Assembly (NCBI GenBank): GCA_951406725.2 | Contig: OX597838.1 | Location: forward strand, 11,408,001-11,472,000 | Direction: 5' to 3' | Source: Octopus vulgaris | Lineage: Eukaryota | DNA length: 64,000 nucleotides | Translations under genes and position numbers: made by a program | The notes under the pieces: model-generated | Databases searched by the model: none | What the model was told of the DNA's origin: nothing | What the model saw: the letters and a program-made list of their open reading frames with translations, nothing else | Shown: one piece after another, positions 1-14,060 of the stretch | Numbering within the stretch: the first letter of the stretch is position 1 | How the letters are laid out: every line of letters begins with the position of its first letter

Positions 1-423
1 TTGATATGTTTTTTGTTCAGAATTTTTACGGATCAAAAAGTCAAATCCATTCAGCCGCATAGCTTGTCGTCTTAGCGACATCAATTACAAAGAATTGTTG
101 CTAAAGGGAGAAAGCCAAAATGCATTTTTCTCAAAGCATGCTTTCCGTAGTTATTTTATCGACATAAAAAAAGCAATCTTTACCGACAAGCAGGAGAGAA
201 ATGATAGTTATTGAAAGATCGGAAGGGGTGGACAAAAAATTCCATATGCGTTTTTCTTTAAGTATGCCTAAAGGAAGCAGAATGGGAATACAGCAAAGTA
301 TCGAATCTGGACGGGTTTCCTTTGAAACAAAGTAACTGCATTACAAGCTTAAATTAATTTTTGAGTTATATAAAAAATAAACGCCCGTGCAGTGCATGAC
401 TTGCATGCCTCGACTGCACACCA

Positions 424-483
<60 letters not shown>

Positions 484-702
484 ATTGTTCTTGGGGACAT
501 ATCTATTTAAATTGAACTCCCTTGAGCGAAAATATAAGGACGCAGATAGTGCGTCGATAGCCAGCTGGAGACGATGTTTCCTGGAGCTAAATAACAGCAA
601 CATTAGTCCTAACCAGGACTGCCACATTATCTTTACTCTCTCTATATATGTATAAGTATACATACATACATACATACATACATACATACATACATACATA
701 CA

Positions 703-748
<46 letters not shown>

Positions 749-749
749 G

Positions 750-958
750 ATGTTGATTCGTTAGCTACTGCACGCATTTTTTTTTCTCTCCTTCTTTCTG
801 TGTTTTTTTTCTCTCTGTGTATCTTTCTGTTGAAGAGCGTAGGCTCGAAACGTTAAAGACTTGTTTTATTTATATTTCCTGAGCGCCATACTAATACAAT
901 TGTTTGGTTGTTTCCCACCTGCCTTCGTCTTTTGTCTATTTTCATAAAGCTTCCCGTT
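750..958 (+). mobile_element. About 200-bp (TA)n-anchored element; copies at 23940-24160 (-) and 24948-25145 (-)
   Basis: Three copies with a common 3' end ..cttcccgtt(AT)n and a hammerhead-like core. Confidence 0.75.
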
Positions 959-1895
959 ATATATATATATATATATATAGTTATGAAAAAAGGGGGTCGA
1001 ATTAATTAATTATTAATAAATTCGACCAAGCAGTATTCGGTATGTAAAGACCATTTACGGTATATTTGAAGTATTAATTTATAAAAATATGGTAAAGTAA
1101 AAGAATTCACTTTACCACACACCGAACTTTTCAGAAATAGCAGCCATAAATATGGCTATTTCTTCAACTGCAAATAAAAGTCTCCAGACAATGCATACTC
1201 AGAAAAATAACTCAGTTCGGTGTTCAAAAAAAAGTTCGGTGTGTGGTAAAGTGAATTCTTTTACTTTACCATATTTTTATAAATTTATATATATATATAG
1301 ATATATAAATATATAAATAAATACTCACACACACACACACATATATATATATACTAGAATAATAAAGAGAAAGTTTTTGGTACAGTATTAAATATATATA
1401 TTTCAAAGAATGAGTTGAGATGGCTTTTTTGAGGGGGTAACTTATATTTTAGTCATAATAATGTTTACATTTAGTTACTCTGATATCAGTTTCTAGCTTC
1501 ATGTAGCCGTTTCCAAACTGAAAAATGTATGTTTTACTGGTTGCTTAAATAGCAAAAGATTTTTTTTTCTTATAAGAATACATATCAACAAATTGTGTAT
1601 ATGTGTACACACATATACATATATATATACATATATATATATACATATATACGACGGGCTTCTTTCAGTTTTTGTCTACCAAATCCACTCACAAGGCTTT
1701 GGTCGGCCCGAGGCTATAGTAGAAGACACTTGCCCAAGGTGCCACACAGTGGGACTGAACCCGAAACTATGTGGTTCGTAAGCAAGCTACTTACCACTCC
1801 TACGCCTATACATATGTAAGTATGTAAGTATACATATGTAAGCATATACATTTGTATAATGATGTTTCGAAGTTAGGTTACAACCCTATTAATAA

Positions 1896-2287
1896 CTAGC
1901 AGTATCGCCCGGCGTTGCTCGGGTTTGTAAGGGAAATAACTATATAAGCATTTTTAGAGATGTAAAGTATAATAGCCATCTCAATATGGCTAACCACAAA
2001 GGGGGATGTTACTGTAGCTTTTTACGTTCTGAGATTTAATAAATTTTTAGAGAGTTACTTCCCTTATATATGCAAAAAAGGCATTAAAAATGGGAAAAAT
2101 TGATGGTAATTTTTTTTTTAAATCGTAGACTCATCGTAGACGCGCGCTAATACCCAGAAGGGCTCAATATGAATCACGACTATAAGATACCCGCTTTTGG
2201 TTACACTGCACCGCAAAATGTGGGAGTAGTTAGGAATCTAAATCGTAGGAGACAGACAGCACACAACCTCACTTTTATATATAAAGA
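1896..2287 (-). mobile_element. Non-autonomous Helitron, copy 1
   Basis: 5' TC(TTTATATATAAAAGTG), 3' hairpin CCCGAGCAACGCCGGG then CTAG, inserted between A and T, no TSD. Confidence 0.85.
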
Positions 2288-2306
2288 TGTGCCGAAGAGA
2301 ACTCAC

Positions 2307-2409
2307 TGAATTTACTTGTTGCGTTGATTTCCAGTCGAACTGCTGATAACAATGGGTTTCTAAAGCCACTGCCACCGTTTACCAGCGCCACCTGTAAATA
2401 CGGCATCTC
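2307..2409 (-). CDS. ovo: Ovo-like gene, coding exon 3 (103 nt; EMPYLQVALVNGGSGFRNPLLSAVRLEINATSKF)
   Basis: Acceptor ttttttgtttttcctatttcag| and donor A|GTGAGT (2306-2301); phase 0 in, phase 1 out. VNGGSGFRNPL resembles the (FV)NGGHGIKNPL motif I recall upstream of the zinc fingers in invertebrate Ovo/Svb. Not in the ORF track because it is short. Zinc fingers were not found in the window. Confidence 0.8.
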
Positions 2410-2779
2410 CTGAAATAGGAAAAACAAAAAATTTAGATATATTAACTAGGGATTCAATAAGTCAGTGGTTGTGTTTCGCGTTGTTAAAGTAACAAACGAA
2501 ATTTAATCTAATGTTTATAAACAAGTGGCTTAACGAGAAACTAATTTAAGCATGCTGTAGGTTTTGTTTTTTTTTTTCGAAAATCACAACTTTGAGAATT
2601 TTAGGCCGAACACTGTATTAAATGATAAATGAAAAGTGAAAGTGAAAAATGATCAAGAAAAGTGCTACGAAATATTGGAGATTCTCGACATGCATATAAA
2701 CAAAGAAGTCTAATTTAAGTGGCGGAAGTGTGAGTATGCTTGGTTGCTTTGGTGCAAAAGCTATCAAGGTCATCTGCGC

Positions 2780-2835
<56 letters not shown>

Positions 2836-2837
<2 letters not shown>

Positions 2838-3037
2838 GTCAACAAGAGACTATGGCATTACAACCAGCCAGGAACAGTCTTCGCTACATTTGCGGTACCT
2901 GCCAGAGGGAGTGTTTGTCCAGGATAGGACTACACAGCCACAGCAGGAAATGTATCAGGACATGAAATGTAAAAGCCGGACTAGACTACTTTATGCGCAA
3001 CTCCATTGTCTCCCGAGACAAAAAGGATGCCAACAAC
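2836..3037 (+). mobile_element. RTE-type LINE 3' end
   Basis: YICGTCQRECLSRIGLHSHSRKC* is the C-terminal zinc-finger motif typical of RTE/BovB ORF2, followed by a short 3'UTR and (AAC) tail. Confidence 0.75.
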
Positions 3038-3146
<109 letters not shown>

Positions 3147-3400
3147 GTATATGTATATGTATATGTATATGTACACGTGATATAAAATGCCGCAAACTAG
3201 CTCCTGTGCAAATATTGCAAAACTTTTGTCTCGCCTGAATCATATAAAGAATGGTGGCGTTATAAATTAATGGAATGAGTGGAATTAAATACTTATGGGT
3301 TTCTGTTGTAAAAAGCAAACAACAACAACAACAACAACTTAATTTTAAAGAGCACGGGTGTATATGATATAACACACCAATATATTTGATTTATCTAAGA

Positions 3401-3830
3401 CAGTGCTTTTCAAACTTTTTGCTGGAGCGGAACCCCAAGGAAACATTCCACTGGCTCGAGGAACCCTTGTGCAATAATTTAATAGTTTTATGCACACACA
3501 TCTGCACAGGAGAATTAAAAATTACTGCCGATTTTAGCAGTATTGTAACTTCTTGCGGAACCCCTGGACTGTGCTGGCGGAACTCTAAGGTTCCGCGGAA
3601 CCCTGGTTGAAAACCACTGTTCTAGATTCAAGTGCCGCCAAGGTCGACTTTGCCTTTCATCCTTTACGAAGTCAATAAAATAAGTACCAGTTGAACATTG
3701 GGTCCGATGTAATTGACAAGCTCCCTTCCCCAAAAAATTTCAGGCCTTGTGCCTTTGCAGGAAAAAAAAATTATGCCTTTCTCTGTCTCTAATTTTATGC
3801 ATCATTTAAACGTTTTCTTAAATTTTATAC
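3401..3830 (+). mobile_element. hAT-type MITE plus captured SINE fragment (truncated composite)
   Basis: TIRs CAGTGCTTTTCAAAC / GGTTGAAAACCACTG (3401-3619); the whole 430 bp matches 52590-53020. Confidence 0.75.
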
Positions 3831-5994
3831 CCGTGAGCTTTTCAATATACCCACCAATTACGAGGTGCTTGTTTAAGGAAGTCAATAAATACGTGTCCAA
3901 TAATACCATATAATTTGAAGTCTCCAATTAAATTCATTGTTACAATTGGAGCGTGGAAAATGGCCTATTTAGATTTAATGTTCGAAGAAGGAATGTTACA
4001 CCTAAATAAAAGGCAGAACATACAACTGTCCTCGTGGAGAACTGACTCCTGTAGATCTTACCTGAACGGCCTCAAACTCTCACCCAGAGGCTTCCTCAAA
4101 AAGAAATGGACAACCTATCCTAGCATTATAGTGTACATTATTTAATCATTTGATCAAAGGTGCCGCCAAATATATTGGAGTTTACGTATTGTGATTTATT
4201 GTAAATGTATGAAATGTAACATACCCCCCACCGTTACACTGAAAATTAAGTAAATAGGAAGATTTTATGTGGCAGTTTCATTTGTAAGAAATAGCAGCCA
4301 AATCTCTCCTAAATAACATTTTACATTCTAAAAAAAAAACATAATTTATAATGTAATCCCGAAAAACAAAGTCAAAAATGGTAAGACCAAGATTATAATA
4401 ACATTGAATGGTCGAACAGGGTATATCAAAGTAATAGAAAACAATAGCAATTTGTAGATGGTATGAATGTTAAAAAAACATCATGTATAAAATGACATCT
4501 TGCCCTGTAACGGCAAGAACCGCACATGAAACCCCACAGAACAAGTCAAATCATATTTATTAATTTGGTATCTAAAAGACCGTAATAAACAATTTAATTT
4601 AGATTGGTTGATTCTCTCAATTTCGTTCCCTTATGATAAAGGCAAAGAATTCTGTCTTCACTGTAATTCTGAACAAAGATTAAAAAATTTTAATCTTCGG
4701 ATTTTTTAAATATGCTAAGCCACTGGTTTTAATTGATTAATATCAATTTCTACCCTTATTATTTAATTTTATATATATATATATATATTACGGAGATGTA
4801 CTTGCATAGCAAGTGACCTGATCGGAGATCGTGTGCTGAAAACAATTGCAGCGTGGAAAGTGTTTATAACCCATTTAAGAAACACACAAAAACCGTTAGA
4901 TTCACTTCAACATTTAAATTTAATTTGTCAGAATTAAATGCAGCACAGAATTTTATCAGTGAACAGGTCCCATGTTATTTACTTCATTGCTTGATGTTTA
5001 AATTTATTTTTACTTCTAAAATGTTCAGTTATGGGATCGTTAGTTTTCTTTTGTTCGAGTATTTAGTTTATAAAACCAGAATATTTAGAAACAAAAACGT
5101 TTAAATTGGAAAAAAAACCCCTACTCTCTAGCTTCCATGGCATTATCATAACATCGTTAATATTGCATTCCCTTAAACTTGACCATAACAGCAATATTTA
5201 CAAACATATTCAATGCAAAAACAATCTTGACGTACCAAAACATGCAGTTTTAATTTGATTTACAAACAAAGCCAAAAAAAAAAAAACAATTTAAAAACAC
5301 AGCTCGTCCTAAGCAACAAACACAAAATAAGGATCATGTCACAAAAAGTAACCAATAAGGAGGCAGAAAAAAAAAATTCAGCACGTGCAAAGTGCATGCC
5401 AGTGAACAAGCTTGAGACAGTAACCATGCCAACAAATATAAATATATCACCGAATCGAGTTGTAAAAGTTCTTGCTTGAAGAGCACAGAAGCATAAAATC
5501 ACTGGTCTCAACAGGCACCAACTGTGAGCAGTAGGTCAAGATCCTCTCATCCGGGCCTTCATAAAAACAGCAATAGAAATACGAAGCGAAATACTAATAA
5601 TAAACGAGAATAAGTCATAAGTTGCATAATTAGATTTATTTAGGTTTTGACTGTTTCTGCAAAGGGATGGAATCAATACTTATAGACGAATGTGGCCCCG
5701 TTCGTTTCACCTTGGAATGAATATTCATTCTGGTTCTCACAAAGTGGTCTGAATGGATCGGTCACTAACAGCTGTTTCGTTGTTTTGGTTGAAACAGCTC
5801 TAAAGCGTTGAATTTAAGTATCTTTGTATGTGTTTCTATCTTCATATACACACATACATATATACATATGCATGTATGTGTGTATGTGTGTGCACACGTA
5901 CGCATGCATGCATACGTACGTCCGATACATACATACATACATACATACATACATACATACATACATACATACATACATACATACATACATACAT

Positions 5995-6355
5995 TATGGC
6001 TGCCCCCTCGTTATCGAGTATGGTCATTGCACGAAGCTTAACTGTTATTGGTGCTGTGATCGAATGTGACTTTTTAGCCCAGCCAAAGATCTACAATGTC
6101 TTGTACAGAATTGGCTACTAAAACTTTTACCGGCAATAGCCGGCTGTAGTTGTAACTGGGCTTCATGTACCTTTGCATGTCGTTTAAGTCCTCCTGCCAA
6201 ATTACACTCTCTTCCACATGCCTGACAGATATGATTAGTATGGTGTTTAACACCACCACCAGTGGCCAGGTTGTCACTCATCTGTCTCGCTTTATGACTA
6301 CGAAGATGACTCGAGTCCAGCTTTACTGAGGCAGGGTCTTGCACTGACATGTGTC
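5995..6355 (-). mobile_element. RTE-like LINE 3' end with two C2H2-like fingers
   Basis: CQACGRECNLAGGLKRHAKVH and CTRHCRSLAGLKSHIRSQ*, then a short UTR; embedded in (ACAT)n. Confidence 0.65.
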
Positions 6356-6544
6356 AGAAATAATCGGACATACATACATACATACATACATACATACATA
6401 CATACATACATACGTACGTACGTACATACATAATCGGAGGTGAGAAGTCAAATATATGTGAGAAGAGGAAAAAGAAATTAAAGGAAACCAATCTGACATT
6501 ACAAACTAAAAACGTTCCTGTACCCCAGACAAATACTCATACGT

Positions 6545-6765
6545 AGCTGAAACGTTAGCACACCGGGCGAAATGCTTAGTGGTATTTCGTCTGCCGTTAC
6601 GTTGTGAGTTCAAATTCCGCCGAGGTCGACTTTGCCTTTCATCCTTTCGGGGTCGATAAATTAAGTACCAGTTGTGCACTGGATTCGATGTAATCGACTT
6701 AATACCTATGTCTGTCCTTGTTTGCCCCCTCTGTGTTTAGCCCCTTGTGGGCAATAAAGAAATAT
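6545..6765 (+). mobile_element. SINE family A copy
   Basis: Matches 27261-27493. Other partial copies at about 10445-10575, 11376-11487, 16190-16485, 20880-21060, 31570-32015, 32570-32780, 37970-38110 and 54450-54661. Confidence 0.85.
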
Positions 6766-6978
6766 ATTTCAGTCCCTATTTTCTCGAATCGCCCCTCTTT
6801 TATCCCCAGAAAACCTTCAGCTCGTGGTTTTTGTTTACACATTAGGTCAGCTTGTTTCTGAATCTCATTGCAAAATTTGAAGATTCGTTGCAAAATGGCA
6901 ACATCGAAGCTTATATCATTTCAGTAGCATTTTTCCACACACACACACACACACACATACGTGTATGTGTGTGTTTGT

Positions 6979-7023
<45 letters not shown>

Positions 7024-7394
7024 TGTCTGTGTCTCTGTGTATGTTGTATAAATGAAGTACGGAAAACTTATTTGGATTTTTATGCATTTTAAGTGTACAC
7101 GCGTTTCATGAAATTAACTGCCAAGATTTTGTAATTGATTGTTGATAAAATTATAGAATCTTTTCAATCTAAATCACAGACTTTTTAACTAATTTTGTTT
7201 AGCTAAACACTTTGAGACTTCGGATACTTGGTTGAAGGTGTCACGTAGAACACGGTTTACTGTTAGCGTTTTTGACAAAATTTTGTATTTTAGAAGTTAT
7301 TTCGTGTTAACATATGAGAGGGAGAGAGAGAGTTTGAGAAGAAGAAAAATGATAAATAGGAGAAAGATAAAGAAAATGTATTAGTTAAAATTAC

Positions 7395-7597
7395 CTTAAA
7401 TTTGTTCAGGAAACACATTTCCCGTAAATTACCGTCGGTTTGTAATGTATCTGGGTCCGTCTGACTGTCATTCTGATTATCACCGGGGTTGTTGGAATAT
7501 AAACTGTCCTTAATTTCACGCAAATCACTTCTAGAATGTTTGTTATTTTTCGTATTGAAATTTTCCTGAAAATTTGGTAAATTTCCACAGCAAATGT
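7395..7597 (-). CDS. ovo: Ovo-like gene, coding exon 2 (203 nt; DICCGNLPNFQEN...LREMCFLNKFK)
   Basis: Acceptor ttctttatattttcag| and donor AAG|GTAATT. Open frame entering in phase 1 (matches exon 1) and leaving in phase 0 (matches exon 3). Confidence 0.8.
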
Positions 7598-7688
7598 CTG
7601 AAAATATAAAGAATAAATTACCATCATAACAATCCAAAAATATAACGAGTAATTTTCAATAGCGAAGATTAGAAAATATAGCGAATTA

Positions 7689-8073
7689 TCTTTATATATA
7701 AAAGTGAAGTTGTGTGTCTGTCTTCTACGATTTAGATTCCTAACTACTCCCACATTTTGCGGTGCAGTGTAACCAAAAGCGGGTATCTTATAGTCGTGAT
7801 TCATATCGAGCCCTTCTGGGTATTAGCGCGCGTCTACGATGAGTCTACGATTTAAAAGAAAATTTACCATCATTTTTTCCCATTTTTAATGCATTTTTTT
7901 GCTATTATATAAGGGAAGTAACTCTCTAAAAATGTATTATTAAATCTCAGAACGTAAAAAGCTACAGTAACACCCCGCTTTGTGGTTAGCCATATTGAGA
8001 TGGCTATTATACTTTACATGCTTATATAGTTATTTCCCTTACAAATCCGAGCAACGCCGGGCGATACTGCTAG
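7689..8073 (+). mobile_element. Non-autonomous Helitron, copy 2 (same family, inverted relative to copy 1)
   Basis: A|TCTTTATATATAAAAGTG ... GCAACGCCGGGCGATACTGCTAG|T; aligns end to end with 1896-2287 at roughly 90% or more by eye. Confidence 0.85.
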
Positions 8074-8597
8074 TTTTTTATAAAATCAATCCGGGATCAT
8101 TTCGGTTTGAACGGTTATTATTAAATTTTTCTTTCCCTTTCATTATATTCCAAATAAAGTCATCGATTATACACACATATACACACACATACGCACATAT
8201 ATGTAAATACATATACATACACATATATATTTGTACGTACACATATACACATACATACATGTACATAGGATATATGACAAACTGACGGAAATCAGGTGGT
8301 CAAAAGCTAGGAAAAGAAAAGGGGAAAGCCTTTTTTACCCAGCAGTAAGAGAGTCAGTGTTATTTGAATGTTTGTGTGTATGTTTGTGCGCGTGCGTGCG
8401 CACGTGCGTGTGCGTGCGCACGTGCGTGTGCGTGCGCACGTGCGTGTGCGTGCGCACGTGCGTGTGCGTATGTGAATGTTCACACTCCCTCCTAAAGAAT
8501 TATATCAGGCTGGTGCCATACCACGTAATGGAAGTTTTGATGAGAATGTTCCACCATTATTCCTTGGGATGGAATAAATGGACATATTCAACACACA

Positions 8598-8666
<69 letters not shown>

Positions 8667-8777
8667 ATCACATGACCGACCAGGCTATCAGATGTTGGTA
8701 CACATCGCTGGTCACAATGCGCTTCGCATTGCTTTAGCCTTCAAATGACGCCACCCCGCTGGCTAAGCTAGCAGCCA

Positions 8778-8812
<35 letters not shown>

Positions 8813-9519
8813 TTGTTATATTTCGGAATGGTCATATTGCCATTTAGCCAATATCTTGCACAACAAATATTTAAACGTATATATATATATATATATGCAT
8901 ATATATATATATTATATATATGTATGTATATGTATATATATATATATATGTATTTATATATATTATATGTGCGTATGTGTATGTGTGTATGTATGCATAT
9001 ATGTATGCGTGCGTGTATACATACGTGCGTGTATACACATTCATGCGTATATATACATTTGGTTATGTGAGACATCATAGGTAACCCTGATCCGGTTGAT
9101 TGCTTTCACTTACTGCTAGGCCTTTCTTATTTGTCATAAGTACAATGGAAATATTGAAGGGCTCTCTTTCATCTAACCCACCGGCTCCTTATACTCAGCA
9201 CCCTGCTCAAATATCCGTTAGGGTGTGTTGCAGAGGGGGACGGTAAGGTTACTGGGTTCATAGTGTGTTTGTCACAAACAAAGGATCTATATATGGTCGG
9301 ATGATATGGTAGGATGAGAGGTTTAATACCGTGAATGTGGTGTTGGAGGTTATGTTTTAACGGTGGTTGTAACTGTGCCTGTTGTTGCCGTTGTTCAGCC
9401 CCCAAATCCGACCTGATAAAACAGACTACTGATCAAAATATTGCCAGCCGTGACCATAGAGATAATCAGGATTTGGAAATTTGAAAACAGAAGAAATCCC
9501 TTTTTAAACTTGATTATAC

Positions 9520-9737
9520 TCTCTTTTTACTCTTTTACTTGTTTCAGTCATTTGACTGCGGCCATGCTGGAGCACCGCCTTTAGTCGAGCAACTCGACAC
9601 CGGGACTTATTCTTTTGTAATCCCAGTACTTATTCTATCGGTCTCTTTTGCCGAACCGCTAAGTGACGGGGACGTAAACACACCAGCATCGGTTGTCAAG
9701 CAATGCTAGGGGGACAAACACAGACACACAAACACAC

Positions 9738-9826
<89 letters not shown>

Positions 9827-9828
9827 CA

Positions 9829-9860
<32 letters not shown>

Positions 9861-10030
9861 CATATATACGACAGGCTTCTTTTAGTTTCCGTCTACCAAA
9901 TCCACTCACAAGGCATTGGTCGGCCCGGGGCTATAGCAGAAGACACTTGCCCAAGATGCCACGCAGTGGGACTGAACCCGGAATCATGTGGTTGGTTAGA
10001 AAGCTACTTACCACACAGCCACTCTTGCGC
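9520..10030 (-). mobile_element. SINE family B copy
   Basis: Reverse-complement match to 41109-41507 with expanded internal microsatellite. Confidence 0.85.
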
Positions 10031-10229
10031 AATTGAAGACAAACATATAATAAAATGAACTAGGACTTTCATATATACACAGCGAACACTTCTAAGCACT
10101 GTATACATGTTACTTGGAGGATTTGTAATACAGTAGAATTTACAAATAAATAAGTATCCAAGGATCTAGGGGTCCACACAACAGCACTCGGACGGAATCA
10201 AGCAATGGAATTATTACTACTTTAATAAC

Positions 10230-10266
<37 letters not shown>

Positions 10267-10296
10267 GTAATAATAATAATAATAATAATAATGATG

Positions 10297-10445
<149 letters not shown>

Positions 10446-10721
10446 CCTTCCTTCTATAAGCACAAAGCCTGAAATTGTGAGGGAGGGGGCTAGTCGATTA
10501 CATCGACCCCAGTGTTTCACTGGTACTTATTTTATCGACTCCGAAAGGATGAAAAGCAAAGTCGACCTCGGCGGAGTATAATGACTGGATGTTAAAACTA
10601 GTTTTAAAGCACGAAAAGAAGAAAGCATCCTATTCAGTAATAAAACGGGCAAAGAAATATCAAAATGAATTTCAAATACAACAAATCCCAGAAGCAAGTA
10701 CAGAAAAAAGCTAAGCGTTCC

Positions 10722-10881
10722 GTCAGTACAGTCCAGGGGTTCCGCAAGAAGTTACAAAAATTTTTATTTCTCCTGTGCAGATATGTGTGCATAAGACAAT
10801 TGAATTATTGCACAGGGGTTCCTCGAGCCAGTGAAATGTTTTCTTGGGGTTCCGCTCCAGCAAAAAGGTTGAAAAGCACTG
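10722..10881 (-). mobile_element. Partial copy of the same hAT MITE
   Basis: Reverse-complement match to 3401-3580. Confidence 0.75.
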
Positions 10882-10904
10882 ATGTAGACAAAGCCCTTAC
10901 CCAT

Positions 10905-11055
10905 CAATGACAGAAGGGTTTATCATAGCAGCCCAAGAAGCTGCCATCCAATATCTTAAGGAACGGCAGTCGTGCAACATGTCATGCATGTAAGCAACAA
11001 AATGAAACCATCGATCATGTTGTCTCCGTGTGCAGTCTTTTTGCGCCTACAGGAG
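10905..11055 (+). pseudogene. R4/Dong CCHC knuckle fragment
   Basis: TEGFIIAAQE and CHACKQQNETIDHVVSVC. Confidence 0.7.
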
Positions 11056-11206
11056 TCAGGAGGATCCCCATCACATATTTTTCTTATTGTAATACTGTGT
11101 ATACCCTTTTTCTCATTTCATTATATGTAAACCCCAACCCACAATTTATGTCCGTCTTTTTATTGTCCCTTTTTATCCTTCGACCTGGTGGCAAATAAAA
11201 CAAATT

Positions 11207-11373
<167 letters not shown>

Positions 11374-11488
11374 TAAGGCGGTGAGCTGACAGAATCGCTA
11401 GCGCTGGACGAACTGCTTAGCGGTATTTCACCCGTCGCTGCCTTCTGAGTTCAAATTCCGCCGAGGTCGACTTTGCTTTTCATCCTTA

Positions 11489-12787
11489 AATAATGCGGTT
11501 TTTATATAATTCTTTTATTCTTTAAAATTGAAATAAACAAAGTTCTTTTTTAATGTAAAATATACTCTCTTTCCGTTTATCAATTTGTGTTGCAAGATTC
11601 CTGATGTGAAGCTGTGTGTTGAAACAGATATTGTTGTATTTTGGGATGGTCATTTTTTTGTGCCAATTAAACACACACACTATACATGTGTTCTTCACTC
11701 GTTTATTACTGTTCTTATTTTTTTTAACTCATGTCCATTCTCCGGAAATCTTTCATCACACATCTATGACCCCTTCAGCGACACTTTTCGTTTTCGTGTT
11801 TGCTCTTGTTCCACTTATTCCGGAGTAAATGGAGCAAGAGCACTTACTCCGGGGCCACATCCGACGAATATGCTGGCTGGGGCATCGTTTCCCATTCAAA
11901 CTGCTCCAGCCTTTGGAATGTCATCTTCGCTGTATGTGGCCGAGCATTATCCTGAGGGAAGAACACCTTCTGTCTTGAAACCAAAGATGGTCGTTTTTCT
12001 CCTTGCGCTGACTTAAGCCGCTCAAGCTGCTCACAGTAGATCTCCTTTGTTATCGTTTGGCTTGGGTTTGAAAGTCCAAAGTGGGCTAAACCTTTCATAT
12101 CCCACCAAACAAATAACAACACGTTTCCCTACACACTGTCTTCGGCGCTTTGACATTTTTATAGAGAACCTATTTCTGGCCACCAGTCAGTATTCGGTCC
12201 AAAACAAAATTCATTCGTGAGACGTGACCGCAAAGAAGAGCACACATTCACTCGCTGCGCACGATTAGACTCGAAAAATTTGTGACCCAATTTGCTGACT
12301 TTTCCGATTGCACGCAGTGGTCTATGAATGGTCGAATGAGCAAACCCAAGCTTCTCTGCTAGTTCCTGAACGGTTACGATGGAATTTTGTTCCACCAGGG
12401 TTTGCAGGACGTCCTCGTCCAGCTCTACAGATCTTCCAAAATGAGGCTCGTCATCTAGGTTGTAGCTTCCAGCTTGGAATTTCTGGAACCACGGTTGACG
12501 CTGGCTTACGATTACTGTTCGATCCCCAATTCCTCGCGTTTTCCGTTGCGTTGTTGCACCATAAAGCAAAATATGCCGAATATGCTCCTTTGTCATTTCC
12601 ATTATAGCTTTGAAAAAAATAACTGCTAAAATCGAACTGCACTCTTCAAAACTTGCACTAAGAATAAGCACGAGGTAAAATTACTACCTGCTTTTATAGC
12701 AAGTTGATGTAAGTAGTTTATCCCGTTCCCTTCCAAATTTAGGTTCATGCAATTGAAAAACCGCATTATTCATAGTATAACCCAATA
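11489..12787 (-). mobile_element. Degenerate mariner transposon
   Basis: Frameshifted transposase (HIRHILLY, WFQKFQAG, LDDEPHFGR, LLFVWWDMKG, QDNARPH, PAYSSDVAP); TIR TATTGGGTTATACTATGAATAATGCGGTTTTT at 12787-12756; partial counterpart AATAATGCGGTTTTT at 11489. Confidence 0.9.
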
Positions 12788-12843
12788 TAAATATATATAT
12801 ATATATATATAGATAGATAGCTAGATAGATAGAGAGAGAGAGC

Positions 12844-12875
<32 letters not shown>

Positions 12876-13042
12876 GGTCATGTTTACTTTTGTGTGTGTG
12901 TTTGTGTTTTTACACATACTCACATAGGCTTCTGTATGTGGGCGATAATATTAGGGAAGGTTAAAAATATTCGTGTGCAGTGAACCAAATAGTTGCAAAG
13001 TCATGCACACACGTGTGAAACGCACCTTGTTTTAAATAAACT

Positions 13043-13077
<35 letters not shown>

Positions 13078-13751
13078 ATGTGTGTGTGTATGTATAAGTA
13101 TCATACACAAATTATATCTGACATACATCATACACATGCAACACAGACGCAACACAAATAATACAAATTTAGTCGGATATAATTTTTACACACACTCGCG
13201 CACACATTCACACATACCTACACAGACAACAGGATATATATGTATATATAGTTTTATTCATACCAAGCAGACATGTATAATAAAAAATCTAAATGGATCC
13301 TTCGCCAGTTTCGACGATGAGTACTCCAGCTATTAAATCAATAGCAGTACACCTGAGTGAATTATTGGTTGACGGTGTATTCCAAAGACATATGTGTCTG
13401 TAACGTAAAAGCCAGATAAAATCCATGTGACTTACGTGTACAGTTAAATGCCACTCGTTATATCGAATTATTTCTCTTAACTCATTTTCGTGTCGTTTAC
13501 GCAAATTACTTAAGCTATAAATGTAATCTACTCGTATTTCATGTTCGAGTGTCTCGTTCCACTGGTGATAGATAGAAAGATAGATTGATAGATTGATAGA
13601 TAGATATATCGATAGATAGATAGATAGAAAGATAGATTGATAGATATATCGATAGATAGATAGATAGATAGAAAGATAGATAGATAGATTGATAGATATA
13701 TCGATAGATAGATAGATAAATAGATAGATAGACAGACAGACAGATAGATAT

Positions 13752-14060
13752 GTTTCTTTATTAGCCACACAGGGCTGCACACAGACGGGACAAATTACAA
13801 GGTAGAGCTTTTCTTTTGGGGGACAAAAAAAAGAGGGTTTGGTTTTCGATCAAAAGGGATCGTAAAAGGAGGGAAAGAGGAAAGCAAAAAAAAAAGGGGG
13901 TATAAAAAATAAAAGGAAAAAGAAAAAAATCGATCAATAGGGATCGTTATCACAGAAATGTCAATATAAAGTGTAAAGGGGAGGACAGGTGAGGTTTATC
14001 CGTGGAAAGAAAAGCCTACGGAAAAGACCACGGTAACCTCGGTCAATGAAGTTACATGTT
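13752..14060 (-). mobile_element. Probable LINE 3'UTR in (GATA)n sharing its tail with SINE A
   Basis: Ends gtcccgtctgtgtgcagccctgtgtggctaataaagaaa; SINE A ends gtcccctctgtgtttagccccttgtgggtaataaagaaa. Confidence 0.55.

Noticed and set aside
1-426. Possible hAT 5' end (CAGTGGTGTGCAGTCG on the minus strand)
   Set aside because: Only one putative TIR and no convincing transposase motif inside the window.
6045-6350. C2H2-like fingers as the missing Ovo zinc fingers
   Set aside because: No TGxRP linkers or fitting splice sites, followed by a LINE-like UTR and tail, and located before exon 3; better explained as an RTE 3' end.
9108-9412. Gln/His-rich minus ORF as an extra ovo exon
   Set aside because: The apparent acceptor lies in a dispersed repeat (similar sequence near 45555), the frame stops before a donor, and exons 1-2 already join in phase.
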